Below, one piece after another: positions 39,171-48,536 of a stretch of 64,000 nt of DNA (within the stretch, counting starts at the first letter, position 1; each line of letters begins with the position of its first letter). The position numbers and the translations under genes are program-made. The stretch is from Acutalibacteraceae bacterium (GTDB lineage: Bacteria; Bacillota; Clostridia; Oscillospirales; Acutalibacteraceae): positions 14,966-78,965 of the forward strand of contig JAZQXJ010000033.1 of assembly GCA_045632815.1 (NCBI GenBank). The letters are read 5' to 3'. The notes beneath the pieces were generated by a model that saw nothing but the letters and a program-made list of their open reading frames with translations, did no database searches and was not told the DNA's origin.

Positions 39171-41001
39171 CGCACACACCTCCGTTGAGTTTATTCGCTC
39201 CGCAGCCTGCGCATTTTTCGCGGCAGCAAGCGGTTGTTTCGCCCTGATGGGCTTTCTTATTCTCATTTACAAGGAATTTTTTGGTCACGCCGTAATCCAT
39301 ATGGTCCCAGGGCAGAATTTCGTCATATTCACGGCGCCTTGCGGTGTAAAAATACGGGTCAATGCCGTTTTCCGCAAAACTTTCTTCCCATTCATCGGGC
39401 TTGAGACATTCAGCCCAGCCGTCAAAGGCACAACCCTTGCGCCAAGCGGTTTCAATAACATCTGCAAGGCGTCTGTCGCCTCTCGCAAACACGCCCTCAA
39501 GGAAACTTGTCCAGGGTACATGACGGGAAACGCTGACTTTCTTTGTTTTAACGCAGGATACAAGATAATTCTGCTTTTCGATAAGCACATCGGGCTTATC
39601 CTGAGGCTCCCATTGAAAAGGAGTGAAAGGCTTCGGCACAAGCGATGCAACGCTGATGCTTACGCTGACACTCTTACCCTTGGGTTTATCGGGATTTTTA
39701 TAGTATTCGTCAACAACCGCCTGAGCAAGATCCGCAATTCCGCAGATATCTTCCTCCGTTTCCGTAGGCAGACCAATCATAAAGTAGAGCTTTACGGCAG
39801 TCCACCCGCCTGCAAATGCCTGCGCCGCAGTTGTAAGCACTTCTTCTTCCGTAAGATTTTTATTGATAACATCACGCAGACGCTGTGTGCCTGCCTCGGG
39901 AGCAAAGGTAAGACCGCTTCGTCTGACGGCGTTGAGCTGCTCCATAAGCTCCTTCGGGAAATTATCCGCACGGAGTGAAGGCAGAGCAATATTGATTTTT
40001 TGTTCAACAGTCCACGGCAACATATTTGTTATAAGCTTTTCAAGACCCTTGTAGTCACTTGTGCTGAGAGAGCAAAGCGAAATTTCATCGTAGCCCGTGC
40101 TGTTGCAGATAGCCTTACACTGAGCCTCAACGGTTTCGGGAGATTTTCTTCTGAGAGGTCTGTTGATGAAGCCTGCCTGACAGAAGCGGCATCCTCTTAT
40201 GCATCCTCTGAAAATTTCAACAGTTGTTCTGTCGTGAACAACCTCAAGGAAAGGCACAACAAATTCCGTTGGCGAAAACATTGAGTCAAGGTCGGCAACA
40301 TTGCGTTTTTCAACCTTTTCGGGTGCGCCGCAGGTGGGTGTGATTGATTTCACGGTGTTATCTTCGTTATATTCAACCTCATAAAGCGAGGGGACATAAA
40401 CACCCTTTATCTGCGCCGCCGCCTGCAGGAATTCCTGCTTGGTTGCGCCTTTTGCCTTGTATTCTTTGAGCAAGTCAATAAGCTCGTTTGTCACTTCCTC
40501 GCCGTCACCGGGCAGAGTGATATCAACGAAGTCTGCAATCGGCTCCGCATTGCATACGCAGGCGCCGCCCGCAATAACAATGGGGGTAAGGCTTGTTCTG
40601 TCCTTTGACCTTACGGGCAGACCTGCAAGGTCAAGCATATTGAGAACATTGGTGTAGCTCAATTCATACTGCATGGTAAATCCGAGAATATCAAAATCAC
40701 GGATTTCATCGCCGCTTTCAAGACCGTAAAGGAGAACGCCGTTATCACGCATAACCTTTTCCATATCGGTCCAGGGGGCAAAAACTCTTTCGCACCAGGC
40801 ATCTTCCCTTGCGTTGACAAGGGAATAAAGAATTTTCATTCCCAGATGAGACATTCCGATTTCATAAGTGTCGGGGAAACAGAATGCATAGCGGATATCC
40901 ACCTTGGATTTATCTTTCACAACGCTGTTAAGCTCGCCGCCCGTATACCTGCCGGGCTTCTGAACCTTAAGCAAATGCTTTTCAAGTTTTTTCGGATACA
41001 T
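39145..41001 (-). CDS. TIGR03960 B12-binding radical SAM protein
   Basis: KPGRYTGGE, FPDTYEIGMSHLG, RGCIRGCRFCQAG, FAPEAGTQRLR. Confidence 0.93.
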   Translation of the reverse strand: MYPKKLEKHLLKVQKPGRYTGGELNSVVKDKSKVDIRYAFCFPDTYEIGMSHLGMKILYSLVNAREDAWCERVFAPWTDMEKVMRDNGVLLYGLESGDEIRDFDILGFTMQYELSYTNVLNMLDLAGLPVRSKDRTSLTPIVIAGGACVCNAEPIADFVDITLPGDGEEVTNELIDLLKEYKAKGATKQEFLQAAAQIKGVYVPSLYEVEYNEDNTVKSITPTCGAPEKVEKRNVADLDSMFSPTEFVVPFLEVVHDRTTVEIFRGCIRGCRFCQAGFINRPLRRKSPETVEAQCKAICNSTGYDEISLCSLSTSDYKGLEKLITNMLPWTVEQKINIALPSLRADNFPKELMEQLNAVRRSGLTFAPEAGTQRLRDVINKNLTEEEVLTTAAQAFAGGWTAVKLYFMIGLPTETEEDICGIADLAQAVVDEYYKNPDKPKGKSVSVSISVASLVPKPFTPFQWEPQDKPDVLIEKQNYLVSCVKTKKVSVSRHVPWTSFLEGVFARGDRRLADVIETAWRKGCAFDGWAECLKPDEWEESFAENGIDPYFYTARRREYDEILPWDHMDYGVTKKFLVNENKKAHQGETTACCREKCAGCGANKLNGGVCDEIGKTVV

Positions 41002-41060
41002 AAGATTTCTCCTAAATTTCAGTTTATCTAATAGATAATAGCATACTTTTCTGAAAAAAT

Positions 41061-41669
41061 CTATATTTTAGCTCTCTTTTCTTTTTTATCCATTGCCGTA
41101 ATTACCGTCAGATAAAGAGAGACGGCAATAAGCGTTACATTTCCGCTTTTCAGCAGAAGGGTAAGACCTGCCGCAACCATAGGCGCAAGCGTTACGCACG
41201 AAATACAGAAGCAGATTTTTCCGCACCTCTCATCCCCCATTCTTCTGCCGAGAAAACAGCGCAGAATGTTGCCGCCGTCAAGGGGCTGACAAGGCAACAG
41301 ATTAAAAAGTCCCACGCACAGACTTATAACCGCCGCAGTTCTTATTCCGTAAGCATTTCCGCAGACAAAAAGCAGGGCCGACAAAGCAAAATTCGCCGCC
41401 GGTCCCGATGCATAGATTATTATTTCCCCAAAGCTTTTCAATTCTGAAATGTTCTGCCTTTTCAGCTTTATTCCGTAAAAAGACAGCTCGATAAGCTGAG
41501 GCTTTTCACCCAGAATCAAAAGGCAGACGATATGACCCAGCTCGTGAACAATGCAGCAAAACAAAGCCGCCGCACACAAGCCGCTTTCATCCAGAATCAG
41601 CGTAAGAGTAACCGCCGCCGCAAAGGAAATGTTTATTCTCAATATTGTTTTGCCGAGCTTAACCCTCAT
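41061..41669 (-). CDS. M50 family intramembrane metalloprotease (SpoIVFB-like)
   Basis: HELGH, SGPAAN, FNLLP..PLDGG. Confidence 0.85.
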   Translation of the reverse strand: MRVKLGKTILRINISFAAAVTLTLILDESGLCAAALFCCIVHELGHIVCLLILGEKPQLIELSFYGIKLKRQNISELKSFGEIIIYASGPAANFALSALLFVCGNAYGIRTAAVISLCVGLFNLLPCQPLDGGNILRCFLGRRMGDERCGKICFCISCVTLAPMVAAGLTLLLKSGNVTLIAVSLYLTVITAMDKKEKRAKI

Positions 41670-42579
41670 CCGATTCGGGATAAAGCAAGGTTTCGGGATT
41701 AACTCTGACACCGTTTATTCTGACCTCAAAGTGCAGATGCGGCCCCGTTGACCAGCCCGTTGAGCCTACAAGACCGATTGTTTCTCCCTGCCTTATAACG
41801 GCACCCTCGTTCACATAGATTTCCGACAGATGGCAGTAATATGTGCAGAAATTTTCCGAATGCTCCATAAGCACATATTTGCCCCAAACATCGTCCTCTC
41901 CCGTTTCAACCACTCTGCCGTAGAATGATGCTGCAACGGGTGTACCCTCTGCCGCCGCAAGGTCAAGACCCGTGTGGAAGCCGTAATTGCCCGAAACGGG
42001 ATTTGTTCTGTATCCGAATTCTGAGGTTATTCTTGCATTTTTCACGGGTAAAACCGGGTCAACACTCACAAAATACGGAGCAAAAGAAGTTCCTTCCGCC
42101 GCCTCTTTGCCCTGAATATCACCGCCACCCGAGCCGTCAGGCACGATTTCACCGACAGCAACGGTCTCTCCCGTTTCATCGCCGATAACCTCAAATGATT
42201 CAACAGTATATGCTTCCGTTATTTCCGCTTCCGAGGATGCCTGCAAAACATCCGTTTGCGCGCGGAAATAGCTTGCGGCATTTTTTATATCCTCGGCAAA
42301 TTCGCCTGCCGTCATATCTTTTTGAATTATTTTTGCGTAGTCCTCTTTTATTCTTTCAAAGGTTGAGGGGCTTATCTTTGAAGCGATAAAAACTCCCGAA
42401 ACAATCAGACCGCAAATCAGGCATTGCAGCAGCATAAGCCGTATAAGATAATCCGTTTTATTCTTCGGCTTACCCGAATTTTTTCTCCTCGGCTCATCCT
42501 CATCGGTAAATCTGAATTTATTTCTGTATTCATCTCTTTCGAGCCTTTGCGAGCCGTAATCAAAATTATCCAAAACCAA
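41659..42579 (-). CDS. M23 family peptidase with N-terminal TM (SpoIVFA position)
   Basis: HTGLD, YCHL, STGPHLHFE. TTG start with RBS ggagg. Confidence 0.85.
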   Translation of the reverse strand: MVLDNFDYGSQRLERDEYRNKFRFTDEDEPRRKNSGKPKNKTDYLIRLMLLQCLICGLIVSGVFIASKISPSTFERIKEDYAKIIQKDMTAGEFAEDIKNAASYFRAQTDVLQASSEAEITEAYTVESFEVIGDETGETVAVGEIVPDGSGGGDIQGKEAAEGTSFAPYFVSVDPVLPVKNARITSEFGYRTNPVSGNYGFHTGLDLAAAEGTPVAASFYGRVVETGEDDVWGKYVLMEHSENFCTYYCHLSEIYVNEGAVIRQGETIGLVGSTGWSTGPHLHFEVRINGVRVNPETLLYPESDEG

Positions 42580-42604
42580 TTCCTCCGCATCGTTTAATCA
42601 ATTT

Positions 42605-42634
42605 ATTATATGACCGCAAACGCAAGGAATATGA
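42605..42634 (-). promoter_or_regulatory. sigE-type (mother-cell sporulation) promoter
   Basis: TCATATT-N15-CATATAAT on the minus strand upstream of the spoIVF-like pair. Confidence 0.7.
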
Positions 42635-42638
42635 CAAA

Positions 42639-42664
42639 GGAGCCGTTACCGAGGTAACAGCTCC
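42639..42664 (-). terminator. Terminator hairpin
   Basis: ggagccgttacc-ga-ggtaacagctcc. Confidence 0.55.
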
Positions 42665-42670
42665 GTAATT

Positions 42671-43066
42671 TTATTCTTCGGCTATGATACGCCAATAATC
42701 GTATGAATAATATTTTGTCAGGCGCTTTTCCGCATCGCTGATGCTTTTGAAAAATTCCTTGTCAAATTCTCCGTCGGGGTCCGCATACAGACCCCAGGCA
42801 GACGCTTCGCTGACGCTGGGATAATATTTATCCCACAGCAAGGGACTGCCCTTTTTTTCACGGTTGTAATTCAGATATTTTGCATCTTCACGCACGGAAT
42901 CCCTGACCCGTTTATAATCGGCAGAAAGCTCATCAAGTTCAGCCCGAGAAGCCGCCCCGAGTGAATAATAATCCGCGCGGAGTCTTATGCTCTGAAGAAT
43001 TGCAATATATTTTGACATACGCTTTGCAAGAAGCAAATCCGTAAGCTTTTCAAGTCGTGTTTCCAT
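42671..43066 (-). CDS. Hypothetical protein
   Basis: 131-aa ORF translationally coupled to the upstream FAD-protein stop codon. Confidence 0.65.
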   Translation of the reverse strand: METRLEKLTDLLLAKRMSKYIAILQSIRLRADYYSLGAASRAELDELSADYKRVRDSVREDAKYLNYNREKKGSPLLWDKYYPSVSEASAWGLYADPDGEFDKEFFKSISDAEKRLTKYYSYDYWRIIAEE

Positions 43067-44673
43067 TACCACTCATCACTTTCGTCAATCAGCACCGCGT
43101 GGGCACACCTTATACCGTCAACTGCCGCAGACACAATGCCGCCTGCATAACCCGCGCCCTCGCCGCAGGGATAAAGCCCCCTGATATTTGCCTGATAAAG
43201 CTCATCGCGAAGAATTCTGACAGGCGCAGATGAACGGGTTTCGGGAGCGGTAAGAACACCGTCGGGCAAAGCAAAGCCGTTGAGGCTCTTATCCATTTTA
43301 ACAATCGCCCGAGCCATAACATCCGTCACCTTTTCGGGCAGAACATTGCGGATATCGCCAGGAGTGACACCCGTTGCGCAGGTGGGCTTTACAAATGAAA
43401 GTTTCTTTGAAGGAGTATTGTTAAGAAAATCACCGATAGTCTGGCAAGGTGCGCTGTAATCTCCGCCGCCAAGCTCAAAGGCTGTTTTTTCGATTTTACG
43501 CTGAAGCTCGATGCCTGCAAGCGGATGGTCGCTGCCGAAATGCTCAGGTTCAATTCCGACAAGCAAAGCGGCATTTGAATTCTCGCCGTCTCGGGCATAT
43601 TCACTCATTCCGTTAACAACAACATGACCTTCCTCCGAAGCCGCCGCAACAACCGTACCGCCGGGACACATACAGAAAGTGTATGCGCCTCTGCCGTGGT
43701 CGGGATGGCAGGCAAGCTTGTAGTTAGCCGCGCCGAGGGCGGGATGACCCGCAAACGCACCGTATTGCGCTTTATCAATCATTTCACGGGGATGCTCAAT
43801 TCTGACACCCACGGAAAAAGGCTTCTGAACAAGCCTTATGCCCTTTTTATAGAGCATTTCAACCGTATCTCTCGCCGAGTGACCGATGCAAAGGAGAAGA
43901 GTATCTGTTTCAATATCTTCAATTCCGCCGTCGGGATTCTGACAGGACACACCCTGAATAACACCGTTTGCAATAATGAGGTCGGTAAGCTTCCAGCCGA
44001 ATCTCACCTCACCGCCGAGAGCGATAATTTCCTCACGGAACGCTTTTACGACTGCGCCCAGCTTATCCGTGCCGATATGAGGGGTGGAAGAATAAGCAAT
44101 TTCGGAAGGCGCACCGTGAACAACAAGTTCGTCAACAACCTTTCTGCAAAGAGGGTCTTTGATGCCCGTTGTCAGCTTGCCGTCGGAAAAAGTGCCTGCG
44201 CCGCCCTCACCGAACTGCACATTGCTTTCCGTGTTAAGCTTTCTCGTTGCCCAGAAAGCGTTGACATCCTTTGTTCTTGTGTCAACATCCGCACCGCGTT
44301 CAAGCACAAGAGGTTTAAAGCCCGCCCTTGCAAGAATAAGCGCCGCAAAAAATCCTGCAGGACCAAAACCTGCAATAACAGGTCTGAGGGTGCTTGTTCT
44401 TCTGATTTCGGGCATTTCATATTTATATTCCGTTGTTGCCTCAACCTTGGAATTTTTTGCGTGGGCAATAACAGCGGATTCATCGGAATCCACATCAACA
44501 TTTACATTATAAACAAAATGCACATTATCCTTTTTGCGTGAGTCAACGGCTTTTTTCACAATGCGCAGAGAGGTTATTTTGCTTTCTTTGCATCTGAGCG
44601 CCTTTGCGGCGGCTCTGCGAAGCTCACATTCATCGCTGTCGAGAGGCAGCTTTATTTCGTTAATTCTAATCAT
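43066..44673 (-). CDS. FAD-dependent oxidoreductase (COG2509-like)
   Basis: GFGPAG, FGEGGAGTFSDGKL, TFCMCPGG, GEGAGYAGGI. Confidence 0.9.
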   Translation of the reverse strand: MIRINEIKLPLDSDECELRRAAAKALRCKESKITSLRIVKKAVDSRKKDNVHFVYNVNVDVDSDESAVIAHAKNSKVEATTEYKYEMPEIRRTSTLRPVIAGFGPAGFFAALILARAGFKPLVLERGADVDTRTKDVNAFWATRKLNTESNVQFGEGGAGTFSDGKLTTGIKDPLCRKVVDELVVHGAPSEIAYSSTPHIGTDKLGAVVKAFREEIIALGGEVRFGWKLTDLIIANGVIQGVSCQNPDGGIEDIETDTLLLCIGHSARDTVEMLYKKGIRLVQKPFSVGVRIEHPREMIDKAQYGAFAGHPALGAANYKLACHPDHGRGAYTFCMCPGGTVVAAASEEGHVVVNGMSEYARDGENSNAALLVGIEPEHFGSDHPLAGIELQRKIEKTAFELGGGDYSAPCQTIGDFLNNTPSKKLSFVKPTCATGVTPGDIRNVLPEKVTDVMARAIVKMDKSLNGFALPDGVLTAPETRSSAPVRILRDELYQANIRGLYPCGEGAGYAGGIVSAAVDGIRCAHAVLIDESDEW

Positions 44674-44692
44674 ATTATTCTCCGTTTTGGAT

Positions 44693-45910
44693 TTATTTTA
44701 ACTCGCCTGCAAGCATTCCCGATGCCCACGCCCATTGCAGATTGAAGCCTCCGCAGCCGCCGTCAACATCAATTATTTCGCCTGCAAAATAAAGATTTTT
44801 ACAAATCTTTGATTCCATTGTTTTTTCATTGATTTCGTCGGTTTTTATGCCGCCGCTCGTGACCTGAGCATTCAAGAATCCTCTTGTTCCCGTTATTTCA
44901 AGGGGGAATTTCTTTATTTTTTCTGCAACGGCACGCAAATCTCTGTCTGTAAGCTCCGATATCAGCCTCTCACCATTGTAAAGGTTACAAGCTTTACAAA
45001 TCGCAATTCCGACAGCTTTCGGAAGAATTCCCGTCAGCAAATTCTCCATTTTGCAGAACCCCTTGATTTTATTGAGGTTTACAAGGTAATCAACAAGGTT
45101 ATCATATGTCATATCGGGCAAAAAGTCGATATTGGTAAAGGGATTACGCTTTACGCGGTTGATATATTTCTGCGCAGGAGCGGCAAGCTCCATTGCGGCT
45201 ATTCCCGAAAGCCCGTACTCCGTAAAAAGTATTTCTCCCTGAGTTTTTGCTATTGTCTTGTCCCCTTTGAGGGTAAGCCCGGCATTTCTTACTCTGATGC
45301 CCTTGAGTGATTTTGTTATTTCGGTTTTTGATGTCATAGGCACAAGGGCGGGTACGGTTTCCGTTACCGTATGACCCAGCTTTTTTGCAAGTTCAAAGCC
45401 GCTTCCGTCGGAGCCTTGCGGTGCAGATGATTTTCCGCCTGCCGCAAGAATTAATTTTTCGCAAAAAATATCGCCGTTAATCATAAATCCGTTTTTGTTT
45501 TTCTTTATTTCCGATACGGGTGTATCACACAGCACATCGATTTTCAGCCTTTCAAGCTCAAATCGCAGAGCATCTGTAACCGATGCCGCAGTATTACTTT
45601 CGGGATAAACCCTTCCGCAGGAATCGGAATAAGTAAGCAAACCTGTTGAAGCAAAAAATACAATTATTTTTTCGGGATTATATTCATTCATTGCAAAAGA
45701 TGCAAAGCCCTTGTTCACATAGCTGTGGTCAAGAGCATAAATATTGGTTATGTTGCATTTTCCGTTGCCCGTTGCGAGCAGTTTTTTTCCTATTCGGGGC
45801 AATTTTTCAATAACCGCAACCCTCATATCGGGATAAAGGCGTTTGGCATTTATTGCGGCAGCAAGTCCCGCAGAGCATCCGCCGACAACCGCCAGATCAT
45901 ATTTTCCCAT
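44693..45910 (-). CDS. HI0933/BaiN-family flavoprotein
   Basis: KLLATGNGKCN, GE.LFT..GLSG, GE..DVDG.CGGFNLQWA..SG. Confidence 0.9.
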   Translation of the reverse strand: MGKYDLAVVGGCSAGLAAAINAKRLYPDMRVAVIEKLPRIGKKLLATGNGKCNITNIYALDHSYVNKGFASFAMNEYNPEKIIVFFASTGLLTYSDSCGRVYPESNTAASVTDALRFELERLKIDVLCDTPVSEIKKNKNGFMINGDIFCEKLILAAGGKSSAPQGSDGSGFELAKKLGHTVTETVPALVPMTSKTEITKSLKGIRVRNAGLTLKGDKTIAKTQGEILFTEYGLSGIAAMELAAPAQKYINRVKRNPFTNIDFLPDMTYDNLVDYLVNLNKIKGFCKMENLLTGILPKAVGIAICKACNLYNGERLISELTDRDLRAVAEKIKKFPLEITGTRGFLNAQVTSGGIKTDEINEKTMESKICKNLYFAGEIIDVDGGCGGFNLQWAWASGMLAGELK

Positions 45911-46060
45911 AATACGCGCATCCTTTTGTAACACATATATTTCCATTTTATATTCTACCAATACGGCAGGAAAATGTCAATGTTTAAGGAACAATATTCC
46001 GTTGACAATTCATTATTATAATGTTATTATTATGTATTATAAATTATAATGGAGAAGAAT

Positions 46061-46459
46061 ATGCTTGATTTTGTTTTAAGGATATCGCACTATGCGCTGC
46101 CCGTTCTTGCGGTTGCGGTGCTGCTTCTCTGCCTTTCTCCCCTTCTGAAGCGCAAGCCGCCTTCATTGGGCAAAGCAAGGCTTATAAATTCCGTGAACAG
46201 CGATGAATATCCCCTCGTCAGCCGTGAAACTTCAATCGGCAGCCACAAAAATTGCGATATTATTCTTGACAACGCAACTGTTTCAAGAGTCTGCGCAGTT
46301 ATAGTCTGTACAAAAACGGGCTGGTACATCACAAAGGTCAAATCGGAAACAGCGGTTATTATAAACGGAAAACCTCTTGAAAAAAAGGAACTTCTCAAAA
46401 CAAACGACAAAATCGCTCTCGGCGATATCACACTTATTTTTGATAACAAGCAGGGCTGA
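46061..46459 (+). CDS. Membrane-anchored FHA-domain protein
   Basis: N-terminal TM, IGS...CDI.L....VSR, ING, L...DKI.LG. Confidence 0.8.
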   Translation: MLDFVLRISHYALPVLAVAVLLLCLSPLLKRKPPSLGKARLINSVNSDEYPLVSRETSIGSHKNCDIILDNATVSRVCAVIVCTKTGWYITKVKSETAVIINGKPLEKKELLKTNDKIALGDITLIFDNKQG

Positions 46460-46464
46460 AATAT

Positions 46465-47742
46465 ATGACAGACAAAACAAAAATTATAAAGCTTGATAAC
46501 GGATTACGCATTGCCGTTCAGAAATCCGAACACTCAAGAACCTGCTCAATGGGAATATGGGTTGCTAGCGGCTCCTGCTACGAAACACCGCAGACTGCAG
46601 GCACTTCCCATTTTATTGAGCATATGCTTTTCAGAGGCACTCAAAAGCGTACAGCGCTTGACATTGCGGTTGAAATGGACGAAATCGGCGGTTTTCTTAA
46701 CGCATACACAGCAAAGGATATGACCTGTTATTATGCTCATACGCTTACAGAGCATATGCCGAAAGCTCTTGATATAATCTGCGATATGATAATGAATCCT
46801 AAGCTTTCGCCAGAGGATATCGAGCTTGAAAAAGGTGTTATAAAAGAAGAAATCGCTATGTACGAGGACAGCCCCGAGGATTTATGCGCCGACACATATT
46901 ACGAAAATGTATGGACAGGCAGTATGCTCGGCAGCAACATTCTCGGCACTGCGGAAACCGTGGATTCCGTTACCCGTGAAAGCCTTTGCGCTCATCTGAA
47001 AAAATTCTATGTACCCGAAAGAATGGTTATCAGCTTCAGCGGCAATTTCGACGAAGAAAAAGCGGTTGAAATATGCAAAAACTACTTTTCGGAAATGGAA
47101 AACACAGGTTTCGGGATATCACCCGTACCCGTTGAATACCGCAAAGGGATAACGGTTATCAAAAAAGATTTTATGCAGAATCAGCTTATCCTCGGCTTTC
47201 CCGGAATCACTCTTACCGACGAAAGGCGGCACACGGTTTCGCTAATCTCTTCGATTTTAGGCTCTGCATCATCATCAAGGCTGTTTCAGCGTATACGAGA
47301 GGAGCTTGGTCTTGTTTATTCGGTTGACAGCGCAAGCGTATCTCATCTTGATGCCGGGCTTTTCATAATTTGTATGGGTCTGGGCAGAAGCTCGGAGAAA
47401 AAGGCGATTGCAGAGGCGCTGAAAATCATTGCGGATTTTCCCGGCACGGTCACCAAAAAAGAACTTAACCGCGCAAAGGAGCAAACCGTTGCAAACTTCG
47501 TTATGAGCCTTGAAAGCGTTTCATCCCTTGCGTCACGCAACGGCAGAAATGTTCTTCTTTACGGCAGGGCAATGTCAGAGGATGAAGTAATAGAAAAAAT
47601 CAGGTCAATTACCCTTGAAGAACTGAAGAAAACTGCCGCAGAAATTCTTGATATTTCAAAAATTTCGCTTTGCGCCGCAGGTAAGGTAAACACGAAAAAA
47701 ACATACAATGAAATTTTATCTTCATACAAAGGTGAACAATAA
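46465..47742 (+). CDS. M16 family (insulinase/pitrilysin) peptidase
   Basis: HFIEH, NAYT, SSRLFQ.IREE.GLVY. Confidence 0.92.
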   Translation: MTDKTKIIKLDNGLRIAVQKSEHSRTCSMGIWVASGSCYETPQTAGTSHFIEHMLFRGTQKRTALDIAVEMDEIGGFLNAYTAKDMTCYYAHTLTEHMPKALDIICDMIMNPKLSPEDIELEKGVIKEEIAMYEDSPEDLCADTYYENVWTGSMLGSNILGTAETVDSVTRESLCAHLKKFYVPERMVISFSGNFDEEKAVEICKNYFSEMENTGFGISPVPVEYRKGITVIKKDFMQNQLILGFPGITLTDERRHTVSLISSILGSASSSRLFQRIREELGLVYSVDSASVSHLDAGLFIICMGLGRSSEKKAIAEALKIIADFPGTVTKKELNRAKEQTVANFVMSLESVSSLASRNGRNVLLYGRAMSEDEVIEKIRSITLEELKKTAAEILDISKISLCAAGKVNTKKTYNEILSSYKGEQ

Positions 47743-48536
47743 TGTTTAACAAAAAAGATATCAAAAGAATCGTTGTCAAGGTAGGTACATCCACCCTTAC
47801 ATACGATACGGGAAAAATAAATCTGCGCAGAATGTCAAAGCTTGCTCAGGTGCTCAGCGACCTGAAAAATGCAGGCATTGAAATTGCGCTTGTCACATCG
47901 GGCGCAATCGGTGTAGGCGTTGGCAAACTGGGGCTTAAGGAAAGACCCAAGGACACTCCGGGCAGGCAGGCGGCGGCAACCGTCGGTCAATGCGAGCTGA
48001 TGTTCCTTTACGACAAATTCTTCGGCGAATACGGCAACATCACGGGTCAGCTTCTCGTTACAAAGGATGACTTTGAGGATGAGGAGCGTCACCGCAACCT
48101 TCACAACTCATTTATGAAGCTTTTCGAATACGGCGCAATCCCCGTTATCAACGAAAATGACAGCGTTGCCGTTGACGAAATTGTTTTCGGCGATAACGAC
48201 AGTCTTTCGGCTCACGTTGCCAAAATCGTTGATGCGGATATCCTCATAATTCTTACGGATATTGACGGCCTTTTCAGCGCAAATCCCAGAGAGGACGAAA
48301 ATGCCGTGCTTATCCACAGCGTTGACGAAATCAACGACGAAATTCTTGCTCTTGCAGGCGGCAGCGGCACAAACAGAGGCACGGGCGGAATGATAACCAA
48401 GCTTCACGCCGCACAGATTGCAACTCAGGCAGGTATCGACACCGTTGTTATGAACGGCTCTGACCCCGAAGAAATATACAAACTCATTGACGGCAGACAA
48501 ATCGGTACGCTGTTTAAGGCAAAGGGAGAACAATAA
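47742..48536 (+). CDS. proB: Glutamate 5-kinase (no PUA domain)
   Basis: VVKVGTS, INEND, GDNDSLS, GTGGMITK. Confidence 0.96.
   Translation: MFNKKDIKRIVVKVGTSTLTYDTGKINLRRMSKLAQVLSDLKNAGIEIALVTSGAIGVGVGKLGLKERPKDTPGRQAAATVGQCELMFLYDKFFGEYGNITGQLLVTKDDFEDEERHRNLHNSFMKLFEYGAIPVINENDSVAVDEIVFGDNDSLSAHVAKIVDADILIILTDIDGLFSANPREDENAVLIHSVDEINDEILALAGGSGTNRGTGGMITKLHAAQIATQAGIDTVVMNGSDPEEIYKLIDGRQIGTLFKAKGEQ

Noticed and set aside
39145-41001. TIGR03960 radical SAM as part of the three-paralog system
   Set aside because: It belongs to a different family with a widely conserved partner (TIGR03936) and lacks the shared YLPY/CDW/ADxNFG motifs.
43624-44541. Long antisense ORFs (also 59009-59923, 39247-39978, 5508-6146, 27127-27753)
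   Set aside because: These are shadow ORFs opposite well-supported genes, expected from codon bias.
46011-46045. dif-like sequence (ataatgttattattatgt)
   Set aside because: The XerD arm does not match TTATGT(A/T)AA. It is better explained as the AT-rich -10 region of the divergent promoters.
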